Below, piece by piece: positions 19,786 to 29,475 of a DNA stretch of 64,000 nucleotides. Position 1 is the first letter of the stretch; every line of letters begins with the position of its first letter. The position numbers were made by a program, and so were the translations under genes. The stretch covers positions 832,001-896,000 of the forward strand of contig CAVSHR010000005.1 in assembly GCA_963727625.1 (NCBI GenBank). Direction: 5' to 3'. The notes below the pieces were generated by a model that did no database searches, was not told where the DNA came from, and saw nothing but the letters and a program-made list of their open reading frames with translations. The DNA is from an uncultured delta proteobacterium. Lineage in GTDB: Bacteria; Desulfobacterota; Binatia; UBA9968.

Positions 19786-20102
19786 GAGTTCGCCCCGCAG
19801 AAGCTACGGTGTTGGGCAGCCAAATTTGGCGAAATCCGAAATCAGTGTCGCTAAGAAAAATTTACCGTCGGCAGATCCACATCGGCACTTCCTGGTTCCT
19901 TTGGCGTTTCCACTCATAGAAGCCATCTACCGGAATTAGACAACACTGCGTTGCTTCTTACCTGGTCGATAAAACGCTAAGCTTCCGACCGCGATCGATT
20001 CGGACCAACGCGCTGGCGAGCGTCGATGGGGCTGCGCGGCTTGAATGTTTGCATCGGTTGTTTCAACCGATCGCGACAATTGCAATATTAGACCGAACCA
20101 AG

Positions 20103-20693
20103 ATGAACCCGCGAATCTCGCTCAGCGACCTCGTCGTCAGATTGGAATCGGCCGAGCACACGATCGCCTATTTCAATACGCCGCTGCCGGAACCCCTGCT
20201 CGACGGATTGCGTCTTCTGGCCGGGCGGCGCGGCCGCGGCAGCGTCGATCTGGTCGTCGAACAGATTGACGATGTCGCCTATCTCAAAAAATTGAATTTT
20301 GCCGGTGCATCAGTGTACAACGGCGGCGGTTTGCCGCGGGAGACCTTGGTCATAGTCGATCGAAATCAAGGCTATTGGTTAGGCACCGACACAGATGCCA
20401 CCGGGGGCGCTCTGGCGGCGGCCGATAACGCGCCGGACCTCTATATCAAATTGCTCTGGCGCCGATTCGGCCTGGCGGTCTCTTATGAGGGCGAACTGAA
20501 GGAAGTTTATCCTGACACTGGGTTGTTTTGCGTCGGGTTGGAAGAAGAACGAGAGCTGTGGTGTCGTGTCAGCCAATCACGAAGCATTGGCTTACCGGCG
20601 GCGGGCGCCAGAGTTCGACTGTTCGGCTGGATCAAGTGGAACAGCCAGATCATGGAAGTCTTGGAGTTCGCTCAACTTGACCCCAAGACATGA
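20103..20693 (+). CDS. Hypothetical protein (possible degenerate PLD-like N-domain and OB-like C-domain)
   Basis: Protein-like ORF; layout SAEHTIAY..VDLVVE..LVIVD recalls a PLD fold. Confidence 0.5.
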   Translation: MNPRISLSDLVVRLESAEHTIAYFNTPLPEPLLDGLRLLAGRRGRGSVDLVVEQIDDVAYLKKLNFAGASVYNGGGLPRETLVIVDRNQGYWLGTDTDATGGALAAADNAPDLYIKLLWRRFGLAVSYEGELKEVYPDTGLFCVGLEEERELWCRVSQSRSIGLPAAGARVRLFGWIKWNSQIMEVLEFAQLDPKT

Positions 20694-20734
20694 CCTTTAC
20701 GGGCTGTTACTTCTGGATTTATTGGGAGCGACGC

Positions 20735-21052
20735 CTATTGGAGGCCAAGCCAAGCACGTACCGACGCCTCGACGGACTTCAGATCTTCAGCTCGAAGCGC
20801 ACCGACACGCCGAATCAATCTGGCTTCAGGGATGGTCACGAGATTCTGGGCATCGAATACGCCTGCTTTTAGAAACATCGCTCGCACGGCTACCTCAAAT
20901 CGGCCACCCCGAGGACTCGTGGTATGAGCAACTGCTGTAATGAGGGAACGCTCCTGGTCGGAAAAAGGAACACTGAGGACCAAACAAGGACGGATTTTAG
21001 CCGCCAAACCCAAATCGACGATCCAGACTTCGCCGCGATTAGCTTTGGCCAT
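20735..21052 (-). CDS. PemK/MazF family toxin
   Basis: RGEVWIVDLG..KIRPCLVLS. Confidence 0.9.
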   Translation of the reverse strand: MAKANRGEVWIVDLGLAAKIRPCLVLSVPFSDQERSLITAVAHTTSPRGGRFEVAVRAMFLKAGVFDAQNLVTIPEARLIRRVGALRAEDLKSVEASVRAWLGLQ

Positions 21053-21236
21053 CCGCGGTTTCGCGCTTGTCTAGCTCAAGAAATATATCTTCGGCTTGTA
21101 CCACCAGGTCCTCGTCTGTGAGAGGCGGTGAATCCAGGTGCAAGGCGCGTTGGAGTATGGCACGCACCACGTCCCGCTTTTCGGTGTCCGGGAGCTTATC
21201 GAACGATTTCAAGATGGCCTTTGCAGAATTTGTCAT
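21039..21236 (-). CDS. Putative cognate antitoxin
   Basis: 65-aa ORF with an acidic C-terminus overlapping the MazF start. Confidence 0.7.
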   Translation of the reverse strand: MTNSAKAILKSFDKLPDTEKRDVVRAILQRALHLDSPPLTDEDLVVQAEDIFLELDKRETADGQS

Positions 21237-21273
21237 GTCTGGCCTCACGCCCGATAATGATAATGCCACATCG

Positions 21274-21406
21274 AAGACGAAAAGACATGCCCCCGCTACA
21301 GTCCGGCCCATCACTTCTGGATCGGGCGGAACTTCGGCAGGCTGATCTCGGGCGTGACGTCGTCCCAGGCGACTTCGACGCGCATGCCGATATCGACTTC
21401 TTTCGG
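21274..21406 (-). pseudogene. Duplicated 3' end plus trailer of the DUF35 OB-fold gene (repeat of 22318-22456)
   Basis: 21311-21406 versus 22361-22456: 91/96 identical, 4 of 5 differences synonymous; trailer AAGACGAAAAGAC..CCCGCTWCAGTCCG shared. Confidence 0.9.
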
Positions 21407-21596
21407 TTGATGGAATCAGGCCTACGTATTACTAAGAGCAGAACATAGGTTCCCGCTACAGTCCGTAGACACGACGCAGGTTGTCACAGAAAATCTTTTC
21501 GATCACCGCCGACGATAAGCTTTTCTTGCGCCTCATCACACCCACCATGCCGTCTTCTTTGGATTGATCTTGGTGGCCGTATACATCCGGTGACGC

Positions 21597-22031
21597 CTAA
21601 TTTCGCCGGACTCGCTGGATATCAAAACACGGTGGATGCGGCCCAGGATCGAAAGTTACGACAAAGTTGTCAAAGAACCCGACCTGCCCCAAGAGGTTCT
21701 CGCTCAAGTCCCAGCAGAATCCGGCTTTGATGTCGACGATTTCCGAAGCGACAACGAGTTTCACGTTATGGAAATAAACTTTGGCACGGGGTCCAGCGAT
21801 GACTCCACCCAAATCGCCTTCCGATCCACTATCGATTTTGATGCCGATAGAGGCGCCGATCATTGCGTTGAAAAGGCAATAGTCGGAGCCTGTGTCCACT
21901 ACGGCTTCGAAACGTTTGCTAGTCGCGTGATTGCCAGAAATGATTTGAACCGGAAGCACTGGCCGCCAGACTCTCGTCTGTTCCGGCACCCCTCGATTGC
22001 GAAAAGGAAACGATCGATAGGCTATTCGCAA
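21597..22031 (-). CDS. Retropepsin-like aspartic protease
   Basis: RPVLPV, VVDTGSD, LLGQVGFF; TTG start overlapping the upstream gene. Confidence 0.82.
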   Translation of the reverse strand: MRIAYRSFPFRNRGVPEQTRVWRPVLPVQIISGNHATSKRFEAVVDTGSDYCLFNAMIGASIGIKIDSGSEGDLGGVIAGPRAKVYFHNVKLVVASEIVDIKAGFCWDLSENLLGQVGFFDNFVVTFDPGPHPPCFDIQRVRRN

Positions 22032-22231
22032 GGCGAAAATACCCTGGGTTCCCAAGTGTCAGGGATTTGAATCAGCAGCGGGTCGTTTTCACCATGTTTC
22101 CGCGCGTCTTCAACCGCCTGCTGGTATGTATCGCCACGGCCGACGAGCTTGGATTCGTCGCTGGAAAAGGCAACCCAGCTCTTCGGCTTGGATTCGCTCA
22201 AAATGCGAACGCGTTCATCGTCGGTCATCAT
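22022..22231 (-). CDS. DUF5678-like small protein
   Basis: WVAFS.DE.KLVGRG.T...A...A...G..DP pattern. Confidence 0.65.
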   Translation of the reverse strand: MMTDDERVRILSESKPKSWVAFSSDESKLVGRGDTYQQAVEDARKHGENDPLLIQIPDTWEPRVFSPCE

Positions 22232-22360
22232 AACGGGGTTAGTATATTGCGCGGCGACGTCTTTTCAAGCTGCTGCGCTCAAGTGCCGTAGGCAATCAAA
22301 GTCAAACGGTTCACTTAAAGACGAAAAGACAAACCCCCGCTTCAGTCCGCTTGCGAGTTA

Positions 22361-22792
22361 TCACTTCTGAATCGGCCGGAACTTCGGCAGGCTGATCTCG
22401 GGCGTGACGTCGTCCCAGGCGACTTCAACCCGCATGCCGATCTCGACTTCTTTCGGATCGATCCCGACCACATTGCTGTGCATGCGCACGCCCTCGTCCA
22501 GCTCGACGATGGCGAGCACGTAGGGCACGTCTTCAGCGAACGCCGGGTGGGCCGGCTGGTAAGAGATCGAGGAAGCGTAGACCCAACCCTTCCCGCTCGA
22601 CTCGACCCACTCCAGCGTCCCGACACCGAAACACTCGGGCCCAGGGCAGATGTCGCGCGGGTAGAAAACCCGGGTTCCACATGCGCTGCAGCGTTGGTAG
22701 GTAAGGCGATGTTCCTTCGCAGCATCCCAGAATGGCCGGCTGACGTGGGATGGGGTAGGAAGAGGCTTTTTGTATTCGCTCGTAGTGGCCAT
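22361..22792 (-). CDS. DUF35 Zn-ribbon/OB-fold protein (thiolase partner)
   Basis: PFWDAA, CSAC..YPRDIC..C, PYVLAIVELDEG. Confidence 0.92.
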   Translation of the reverse strand: MATTSEYKKPLPTPSHVSRPFWDAAKEHRLTYQRCSACGTRVFYPRDICPGPECFGVGTLEWVESSGKGWVYASSISYQPAHPAFAEDVPYVLAIVELDEGVRMHSNVVGIDPKEVEIGMRVEVAWDDVTPEISLPKFRPIQK

Positions 22793-22818
22793 CTCGTGAC
22801 TCCTTCGCTTGGGTTTTT

Positions 22819-24009
22819 CTATAATGCCGCGTCGCTCGCTAGCAGCAGCGCCGACTGCTGGGAGAAGGTGCCGCCGGAGCCTGTCACATAGATCAAATCG
22901 GTCGGACCCGGCACCTGGTGCTCGCCGCCGTCGCGACGGATCTGGCGCACCGCCTCGGTGACCTGGGCACAGCCACCCGCGGTCGACGCCTGGCCATAGG
23001 AGAGCTGACCGCCATGCGTGTTCAGCGGCTTATCGCCTTTGAAGGTCAAATCGTGATCCTGCACCCAGTCGCCGGCGGTGCCTTTCGGACAGAAGCCAGA
23101 CTCTTCCAGCTCACACATCACGGTGATGGTGAATGAGTCGTAAATCTCCATGACCTGGACATCGGACGGACCGTAGCCCGCCATGGCAAACGCTTTGCGC
23201 GCGGCCCGACCCACCGGGGAGATGGTGATCTCCCCGACGTGCGTCAAGTTGCCGCGCGATACGCCGTTGGCGCCGCCGAGCACGTAGGCCGGCTTATGGC
23301 GCATGCCGCGCGCGATGTCCGCCCGGGCCACGACGAACGCGCACGCCCCGGCGCAGGGCATGACGCATTCCAATAAATGAAGTGGATCGGCCACGATGCG
23401 CGACTTGACCACGTCGTCGACCGTAATCGGCACGTCGTGCCAGATAGCCATCGGATTGTGGTTGGCGTTGTAGCGCAGGTCCACGCTGATCTTGGCGCGC
23501 TTCTCCACGGTAGCGCCGTACAGCTTCTCGTAGCGCTTGGCGATCATGGCGTACCAGCCGTTCGCCCCCACGGTCGGGCCGAAGGGTGCGGCGAACTCAG
23601 AGGTCGCCGTTTCGGTGTGACCCGGCCCAGCTGGGCGTCGGGGACGCGAGCCGTCGATCGCGGCACTCATGCCGCAGAGCACATAGTCACACAAGCCCGC
23701 GTTGATGTAAGCCGCCGCCTGCAGTGCCATCGTGACTCCGGCCGCGCCTTGCGCATCACAGCCGGTGGCGAAGGTTGGGTAGATGCCCATGTATTCGGCC
23801 ATCTTCGTGTTGTAGCCGCTCCCGGTCGGGGTCATGCCCTCTTCCAGGATCATCCCGTCAATGTCCGCCTTGGTCAGCCCAGCATCTTGAATCGCAAGAT
23901 ACGCCGCCTCAGCCAGCAAGCTCATCGCATCGCGGCCCGGCCGCGTGCGCTCCGGCTTCAGCTCGCCAATCCCGACGATAGCGGCCGCGCCGCGCATGTT
24001 GTCCCTCAT
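22819..24009 (-). CDS. SCP2-type thiolase family protein
   Basis: AIVGIG, IYDSFT, NTHGGQLS, EAVRQIR; adjacent to DUF35. Confidence 0.9.
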   Translation of the reverse strand: MRDNMRGAAAIVGIGELKPERTRPGRDAMSLLAEAAYLAIQDAGLTKADIDGMILEEGMTPTGSGYNTKMAEYMGIYPTFATGCDAQGAAGVTMALQAAAYINAGLCDYVLCGMSAAIDGSRPRRPAGPGHTETATSEFAAPFGPTVGANGWYAMIAKRYEKLYGATVEKRAKISVDLRYNANHNPMAIWHDVPITVDDVVKSRIVADPLHLLECVMPCAGACAFVVARADIARGMRHKPAYVLGGANGVSRGNLTHVGEITISPVGRAARKAFAMAGYGPSDVQVMEIYDSFTITVMCELEESGFCPKGTAGDWVQDHDLTFKGDKPLNTHGGQLSYGQASTAGGCAQVTEAVRQIRRDGGEHQVPGPTDLIYVTGSGGTFSQQSALLLASDAAL

Positions 24010-24529
24010 ACCCGCTCCCTCAGATCATGAGAAAATCGCTTGCCGGCTCTTTGCACCAGCGCGGGCATTCTGCTTTGCCTGTCCGCGGTCGTCAAGAGCA
24101 AGAAGGGTCGCTTAAAGCACAGATTTTTAGGGTTAGATCTTGTTTCTTGACATTCTGAACAATTTTCCCACGGTTTGCCCGGGCCTCCCTCTAACGACGT
24201 TGCAACCATTGCAAGGGCCGCATTTTAACTTGAAACTTTCGGCTATTTCGGCCATCGCGAGATCCTGGGGCAAGGTTTCCCGAGCCGGACCACCGTCGGG
24301 TGCCAGCCAACGCCAGCCATCAGCCTTGCTCGCTCTGAACGCCGGCAAGTGCCGGAATTGAATCACTGCAGTTGACCGAAGAAACATTCGGATCTTTACG
24401 AACTTCTCCGAAGGTTGGCACCCCCGCCGGTTGAACACTTTATCTCCGCTCAGAAAAAGGAAGGCGGTTTGAATTTCCTAAATTGATAACATAAATATTT
24501 ATTTTATTTGAATATATGGGATAGATGCC

Positions 24530-26446
24530 ATGACTGAGACCTCCACCAAAGAAACCCACGGCTTCCAGGCCGAAGTCAAACAACTGCTCAAGCTGATGAT
24601 TCACTCCTTGTACAGCAACAAGGAGATTTTTTTGCGCGAGCTGATTTCCAATGCGTCGGACGCAGCCGACAAGCTGCGCTTCGAGGCGTTGACCGACAAG
24701 GCGCTGATGGAAAGCGATGCCGAGTTAAAAATCCGCGTGGCATTCGATCCCAAGGCGCGCACCATCACGGTGAGCGATAACGGCATCGGCATGTCGCGCG
24801 ATGAAGTCATCGCCAACATTGGCACCATTGCCAAATCGGGCACGCGCGAGTTTCTGAATACTCTAACCGGCGATCAGGCGAAAGACGCCAATCTCATCGG
24901 CCAGTTCGGCGTGGGCTTTTATTCCTCGTTTGTGGTGGCCGACAAGGTTACGGTGGTGACGCGCCGCGCGGGACTCACCAAGGAACACGGCGTGCGCTGG
25001 GAGTCCGATGGCGGTGGCGATTACACGCTGGAGGTCGTCGATCAGGAAACCCGCGGCACGGCAGTCACCCTGCACCTGCGCGACGGCGAAGACGATCTGG
25101 CCAACGCCAACCGGCTGCGCACTATCATTCGCAAATATTCCGATCACATTAGCGTGCCGATCGTGATGAAAGAGGAGGAATGGGACAAGGACAACTCGGT
25201 ATATCGTACGACCGGCAAGGACCAGACCGTCAATCAGGCCGGCGCGCTATGGGCCCGCAGCAAGAGCGAAATTACCGAAGAGCAATACCACGAGTTCTAC
25301 AAGCACGTGGCGCACGATTTCGAAGCGCCGCTGGCGTATTCGCACAACAAGATCGAAGGGCTCAAGGAATACACGCAGTTGCTCTATATCCCCGCGCGGG
25401 CGCCGTTTGATCTATGGGAGCGCGAGCACCGCCGCGGTGTCAAGTTGTATGTGCGCCGGGTGTTTATCATGGACGACGCCGAGCAATTGCTGCCGGTGTA
25501 TCTCAGGTTTGTGCGCGGCGTGATCGATTCGGCGGATTTGCCGCTGAATGTGTCGCGTGAAATCCTCCAGGAATCGAAGGACATCGAGGCGATGCGCGCG
25601 GGCAACGTCAAGCGCGTGCTGTCGATGATCGAAGATTTGGCCGAGAACGACAAGGAAAAATTCGCCACGTTCTGGAAGGAATTCGGCCGGGTCATCAAGG
25701 AAGGCGTGGTCGAAGATTACGCCAACCGCGAGCGCATTGCGAAGATCCTGCGTTTCGCCTCGACCCACACCGATACCGACACCCAGGACGTTTCGCTGGC
25801 GGATTACATTGCCCGCATGAAGCCGGAGCAGGAAAAAATCTACTTTGTCACCGCCGAAACGTTCGCGGCCGCGAAGAACAGCCCGCATCTGGAAGTGTTT
25901 CGCAAAAAAGGTGTTGAGGTGCTGCTGATGGCCGATCGCGTCGACGAATGGGTGATGCAGCATTTCACCGAGTTCGAGGGCAAGCCGTTGCAGTCGGTTG
26001 CGAAAGGCCGCCTCGAACTGGGCAAGCTCGAGGACGAAGAAGAGAAAAAGGCGCAGGAAAAAGAAGAGGGAGAATCCAAACCGCTGCTGGAGCGCATCAG
26101 GAAATCACTCGGCGATACCGTCAAGGATGTGCGCGTCACGCTGCGCTTGACCGATTCACCGGCGTGTCTGGTAGCCGACGATGACGACATCGGCGCCAAC
26201 TTACAGCGCATGCTCAAGGCCGCGGGTCAGAATGTGCCTGCCTCCAAGCCCATTCTCGAAATCAACCCGCATCACCCGCTGGTGCTGCGCCTCAAAGATG
26301 AGGCCGACGAAACGCACTTTAGCGATCTTGCGAAGGTGTTGTTCGATCAGTCGCTGCTGGCCGAAGGCGGCCAACTCGAAGACCCGGCGGGTTTTGTGAA
26401 GCGCCTGAATCAACTGATGTTAGCGTTGGGGCAGCCTGCCGTGTAG
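24530..26446 (+). CDS. htpG: Molecular chaperone HtpG (Hsp90)
   Basis: [41 protein letters not shown]. Confidence 0.98.
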   Translation: MTETSTKETHGFQAEVKQLLKLMIHSLYSNKEIFLRELISNASDAADKLRFEALTDKALMESDAELKIRVAFDPKARTITVSDNGIGMSRDEVIANIGTIAKSGTREFLNTLTGDQAKDANLIGQFGVGFYSSFVVADKVTVVTRRAGLTKEHGVRWESDGGGDYTLEVVDQETRGTAVTLHLRDGEDDLANANRLRTIIRKYSDHISVPIVMKEEEWDKDNSVYRTTGKDQTVNQAGALWARSKSEITEEQYHEFYKHVAHDFEAPLAYSHNKIEGLKEYTQLLYIPARAPFDLWEREHRRGVKLYVRRVFIMDDAEQLLPVYLRFVRGVIDSADLPLNVSREILQESKDIEAMRAGNVKRVLSMIEDLAENDKEKFATFWKEFGRVIKEGVVEDYANRERIAKILRFASTHTDTDTQDVSLADYIARMKPEQEKIYFVTAETFAAAKNSPHLEVFRKKGVEVLLMADRVDEWVMQHFTEFEGKPLQSVAKGRLELGKLEDEEEKKAQEKEEGESKPLLERIRKSLGDTVKDVRVTLRLTDSPACLVADDDDIGANLQRMLKAAGQNVPASKPILEINPHHPLVLRLKDEADETHFSDLAKVLFDQSLLAEGGQLEDPAGFVKRLNQLMLALGQPAV

Positions 26447-26539
26447 CGTCGCCCGTTTCCCGCTGGGGTGTGCACGGCGTATCGCGCAAAACGGTGACCG
26501 CTGCTATCAATTGCGCTTCCTCCACACAGCAAGATTATA

Positions 26540-26644
26540 TGGGACGTTGTTGACTCAGTGGACTGGCGCAAGCCAACCGGCGAAGATTTATCGTCGCTCG
26601 AATGACAGGTGGTTGGCTTTGTCCAGCTAGTCAACAACGTCCCA
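26540..26644. mobile_element. MITE-like long hairpin with 16-bp perfect terminal inverted repeats
   Basis: TGGGACGTTGTTGACT / AGTCAACAACGTCCCA plus inner AAGCCAACC / GGTTGGCTT. Confidence 0.6.
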
Positions 26645-26806
26645 ATAGTTCCCGGTCAAGATTTCGAAGAACGACCCCAGTAGATCTCCTTACCGGCGCG
26701 TGATGCCCATCAGTCCGCGCTCTTGCTCCCAACCAAAAGTTCTCGATGCGCCGTTTTACAAAACCCGCTCTTCCGGGGTATTGAGAACTGGCTTTACGAG
26801 AAACCC

Positions 26807-27853
26807 ATGGCTCAAAACAAATCAGCCGACAGCGCGACCGAAGCCCCGGGCGCGGTCATTCGCGCGATGATCGAAGGCTTGCGCGTCGCACGGATTCTTT
26901 ATGTCGCGGCGCGGTTGGGATTAGCCGATTATTTGAAAGACGGGCCGCGGGGATGCGAGGATCTGGCCCGTGCGACGGACAGCCACGAGCCGACGCTGCG
27001 ACAAATTTTGCGCGCGCTGGCAAGCGTCGGCATCTTGGCGCAGGACGACCAACAGCGATTTTCGCTGACGCCAATCGGCGAGCTGCTGCGCAGCGACACG
27101 GCCGATTCATTGCGCGACCTGGTTCTGAACGCCCTCGCGGAGGAACGCTACCGGGCTTGGGGCGGCGTCATGCACACCGTCAAAACCGGCGAGACCGCTT
27201 TCGATCATGTTTTCGGCGTCGGTGTGTGGCAATACCGGGCCGCGCATGCCGAGTTTGGCGCGCTCTTCGACAAGTCGATCGCCACGTTCACGGCGCATGT
27301 TCAGGCGGCGCTCGAGGCTTATCCGTTCGGCAATTTCAAAACCATCGTCGATGTGGCAGGCGGCAACGGCAGATTGATGACGGCGATCTTGCAAGCCTGT
27401 TCGTCGGTACGCGGCGTGATCGTCGATCTGCCGCGCGTGGCCGAGCAAACCAGGCGGCGCATCGACGCGGCCGGCCTGACCGACCGTTGTGAAGTGATCG
27501 GCGGCGACGCCTTTCAAGATCTGCCGGCGGGCGCCGATGGCTACATTCTATCGACCGTGATTCACGATTGGGACGACGAACACTCGATCGTATTGCTGCA
27601 ATCTTGCCGCCGCGCGATGACGCCAAACTCTCGGCTGGTGCTGATCGAAAGAATTTTGCCGGAGCGCTTGGACAACTCATTGTTATCGCGCGCCGTAGTG
27701 ATGTCGGACCTGAACATGATGGTCATGACCGGCGGGCATGAGCGCACCGTGACTGAATATGAGGCACTGTTTCAGGCCGCAGGTTTTGTCCTAACCAAGG
27801 TAACGCCAACCGACTCGATCATGTCGGTGATCGAAGCTAAACCGCTGTCTTAG
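26807..27853 (+). CDS. O-methyltransferase (Methyltransf_2 with dimerisation domain)
   Basis: VDVAGGNG, GGDAF, IHDWDD, DLNM..GGHERT. Confidence 0.92.
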   Translation: MAQNKSADSATEAPGAVIRAMIEGLRVARILYVAARLGLADYLKDGPRGCEDLARATDSHEPTLRQILRALASVGILAQDDQQRFSLTPIGELLRSDTADSLRDLVLNALAEERYRAWGGVMHTVKTGETAFDHVFGVGVWQYRAAHAEFGALFDKSIATFTAHVQAALEAYPFGNFKTIVDVAGGNGRLMTAILQACSSVRGVIVDLPRVAEQTRRRIDAAGLTDRCEVIGGDAFQDLPAGADGYILSTVIHDWDDEHSIVLLQSCRRAMTPNSRLVLIERILPERLDNSLLSRAVVMSDLNMMVMTGGHERTVTEYEALFQAAGFVLTKVTPTDSIMSVIEAKPLS

Positions 27854-28190
27854 CGGCAACGATTGGATGCCAGCTCAACATTGGCACCACTCGTCAAGCA
27901 ACCGATCACTCAAGAAAACATTCACGCGAGCCATAGGACCTCTTAGGGCATAATTAGGTCGCACAAAAAGTAAGTTGTCAACATGAAATTCCCGGCAAGC
28001 ATCCAGGAGGTCGCCGTCGTTCGAACCTTTTGGCGGACACTCAGAACCCGACGCCGCGGCATGCATCTCTCCTTGACTGATCGAGGAGTCGCATTATCAT
28101 TATGCTCGGGTGATCACCCCGGAAATCGTCGCATTCGAATGTCTTGCAACACCATCGCCGCGCGTGCATTGTAGCGACAGAGGACGACAC

Positions 28191-29027
28191 ATGCCAGTTT
28201 ATATGGATCGCCATTACATCGAAGGCGCAACTCAACACTCAGTGGCCGATGCGCACCAGAAGGATCTGGCGCTTCAGGACAAATATGACATCAAGTTTGT
28301 GACCTACTGGTTCGACGAGATGCGCTCTACCGCGTTTTGTCTCATCGAGGCGGCGAATCGAGAAACTATTGAGCGCGCCCACAACGAAGCTCACGGCTCT
28401 ATCCCTAATGAAGTTCTTGAGGTTGATCCTGCCGTGGTGGACGCGTTTTTGGGCAGGATCAAGGATCCGCCGCCGATCAATACCGTACCCGGAAAGTCAG
28501 CAGTGACTCCCATTGACCCGGGGCTCCGGGCGATCATGTTCACGGATTTGAAAGATTCGACGCGGATGACCACGCTGCAGGGAGACGCCAAGGCGCTCCA
28601 TCTGCTTCATGTCCACAATGCGCTCACCCGCAAGGCGCTCAACGCTCACCGCGGACGCGAGGTCAAGCACACCGGCGACGGCATCATGGCCTCTTTCGCC
28701 TCGGTGCCGGATGCGGTGGACTGTGCGGTTGCCATCCAGAAGGCGTTTACCGCCTATAATCTGGAACAGCCGGAGACGCCGCTGTATTTACGCATTGGGC
28801 TGAGCGCCGGCGAGCCGATCGAGGACCATGGCGATCTTTTTGGCAAGGCCGTGCAATTGGCCGCGCGCCTTTGCGCGCATGCCGCACCTGGCCGAGTTCT
28901 TGTCGATCAGCTCGTGCTGGACCAGTGCCCGGGTAAAAACTTGCCGCTGATAGATTTGGGTGAAATAAATCTCAAAGGCTTCGAGCACAACATTCGCGTG
29001 TACGAAGTCAATTGGCAAGAAGTGTAA
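28191..29027 (+). CDS. DUF4242 domain fused to a class III adenylate/guanylate cyclase
   Basis: YMDRH..AHQKD..YW.D..FCL..H..AHG; MFTDLKDST, KHTGDG, RIG, AARL. Confidence 0.88.
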   Translation: MPVYMDRHYIEGATQHSVADAHQKDLALQDKYDIKFVTYWFDEMRSTAFCLIEAANRETIERAHNEAHGSIPNEVLEVDPAVVDAFLGRIKDPPPINTVPGKSAVTPIDPGLRAIMFTDLKDSTRMTTLQGDAKALHLLHVHNALTRKALNAHRGREVKHTGDGIMASFASVPDAVDCAVAIQKAFTAYNLEQPETPLYLRIGLSAGEPIEDHGDLFGKAVQLAARLCAHAAPGRVLVDQLVLDQCPGKNLPLIDLGEINLKGFEHNIRVYEVNWQEV

Positions 29028-29475
29028 ACTCCCGAATCGCGCGCCAAAGCGCGGTTCCTCTAGTAAAAGAGCAGGCGCGTCGATTTCGAGAACTAATAAA
29101 GGGCGCGCTCCAGGACGTTGCTCCGCGATAAGAAATCCATTGCGTCGTTAGCTAGATTCGTGCGACGCGACCATCGGAACCGTTCTGTCTCCAGATCGCC
29201 TATCCGGTCCAAATCTCTGGATGTAGCCGCCTTGCTCGTTGCACAATTTAACTTCCCGCTCGATGCTTTTGCGTTGACCGAAGCATACCTATTTAGTAAA
29301 GGGATTGTTTAGACACCTCGTTCGCGCTCACCTGCTCCTGGACAGCAAAAAAGCGAGTCATTCATGGTGTTTTTTTGTGGAGCAACTTCATCAGAATTAT
29401 TTGAAGCCAGCCGCTCCGGCAAATTAAGTGGCCGGAACGCGCTGGCTTTACTTACTCTCTAAGGGAGGAATTTTT

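Noticed and set aside
24010-24460. Possible ncRNA or riboswitch between thiolase and htpG
   Set aside because: No recognisable conserved RNA motif by eye; an Rfam scan would be needed
24465-24500. Sigma-32 promoter for htpG
   Set aside because: A TTGAA -35-like element is present but there is no CCCCAT -10 match
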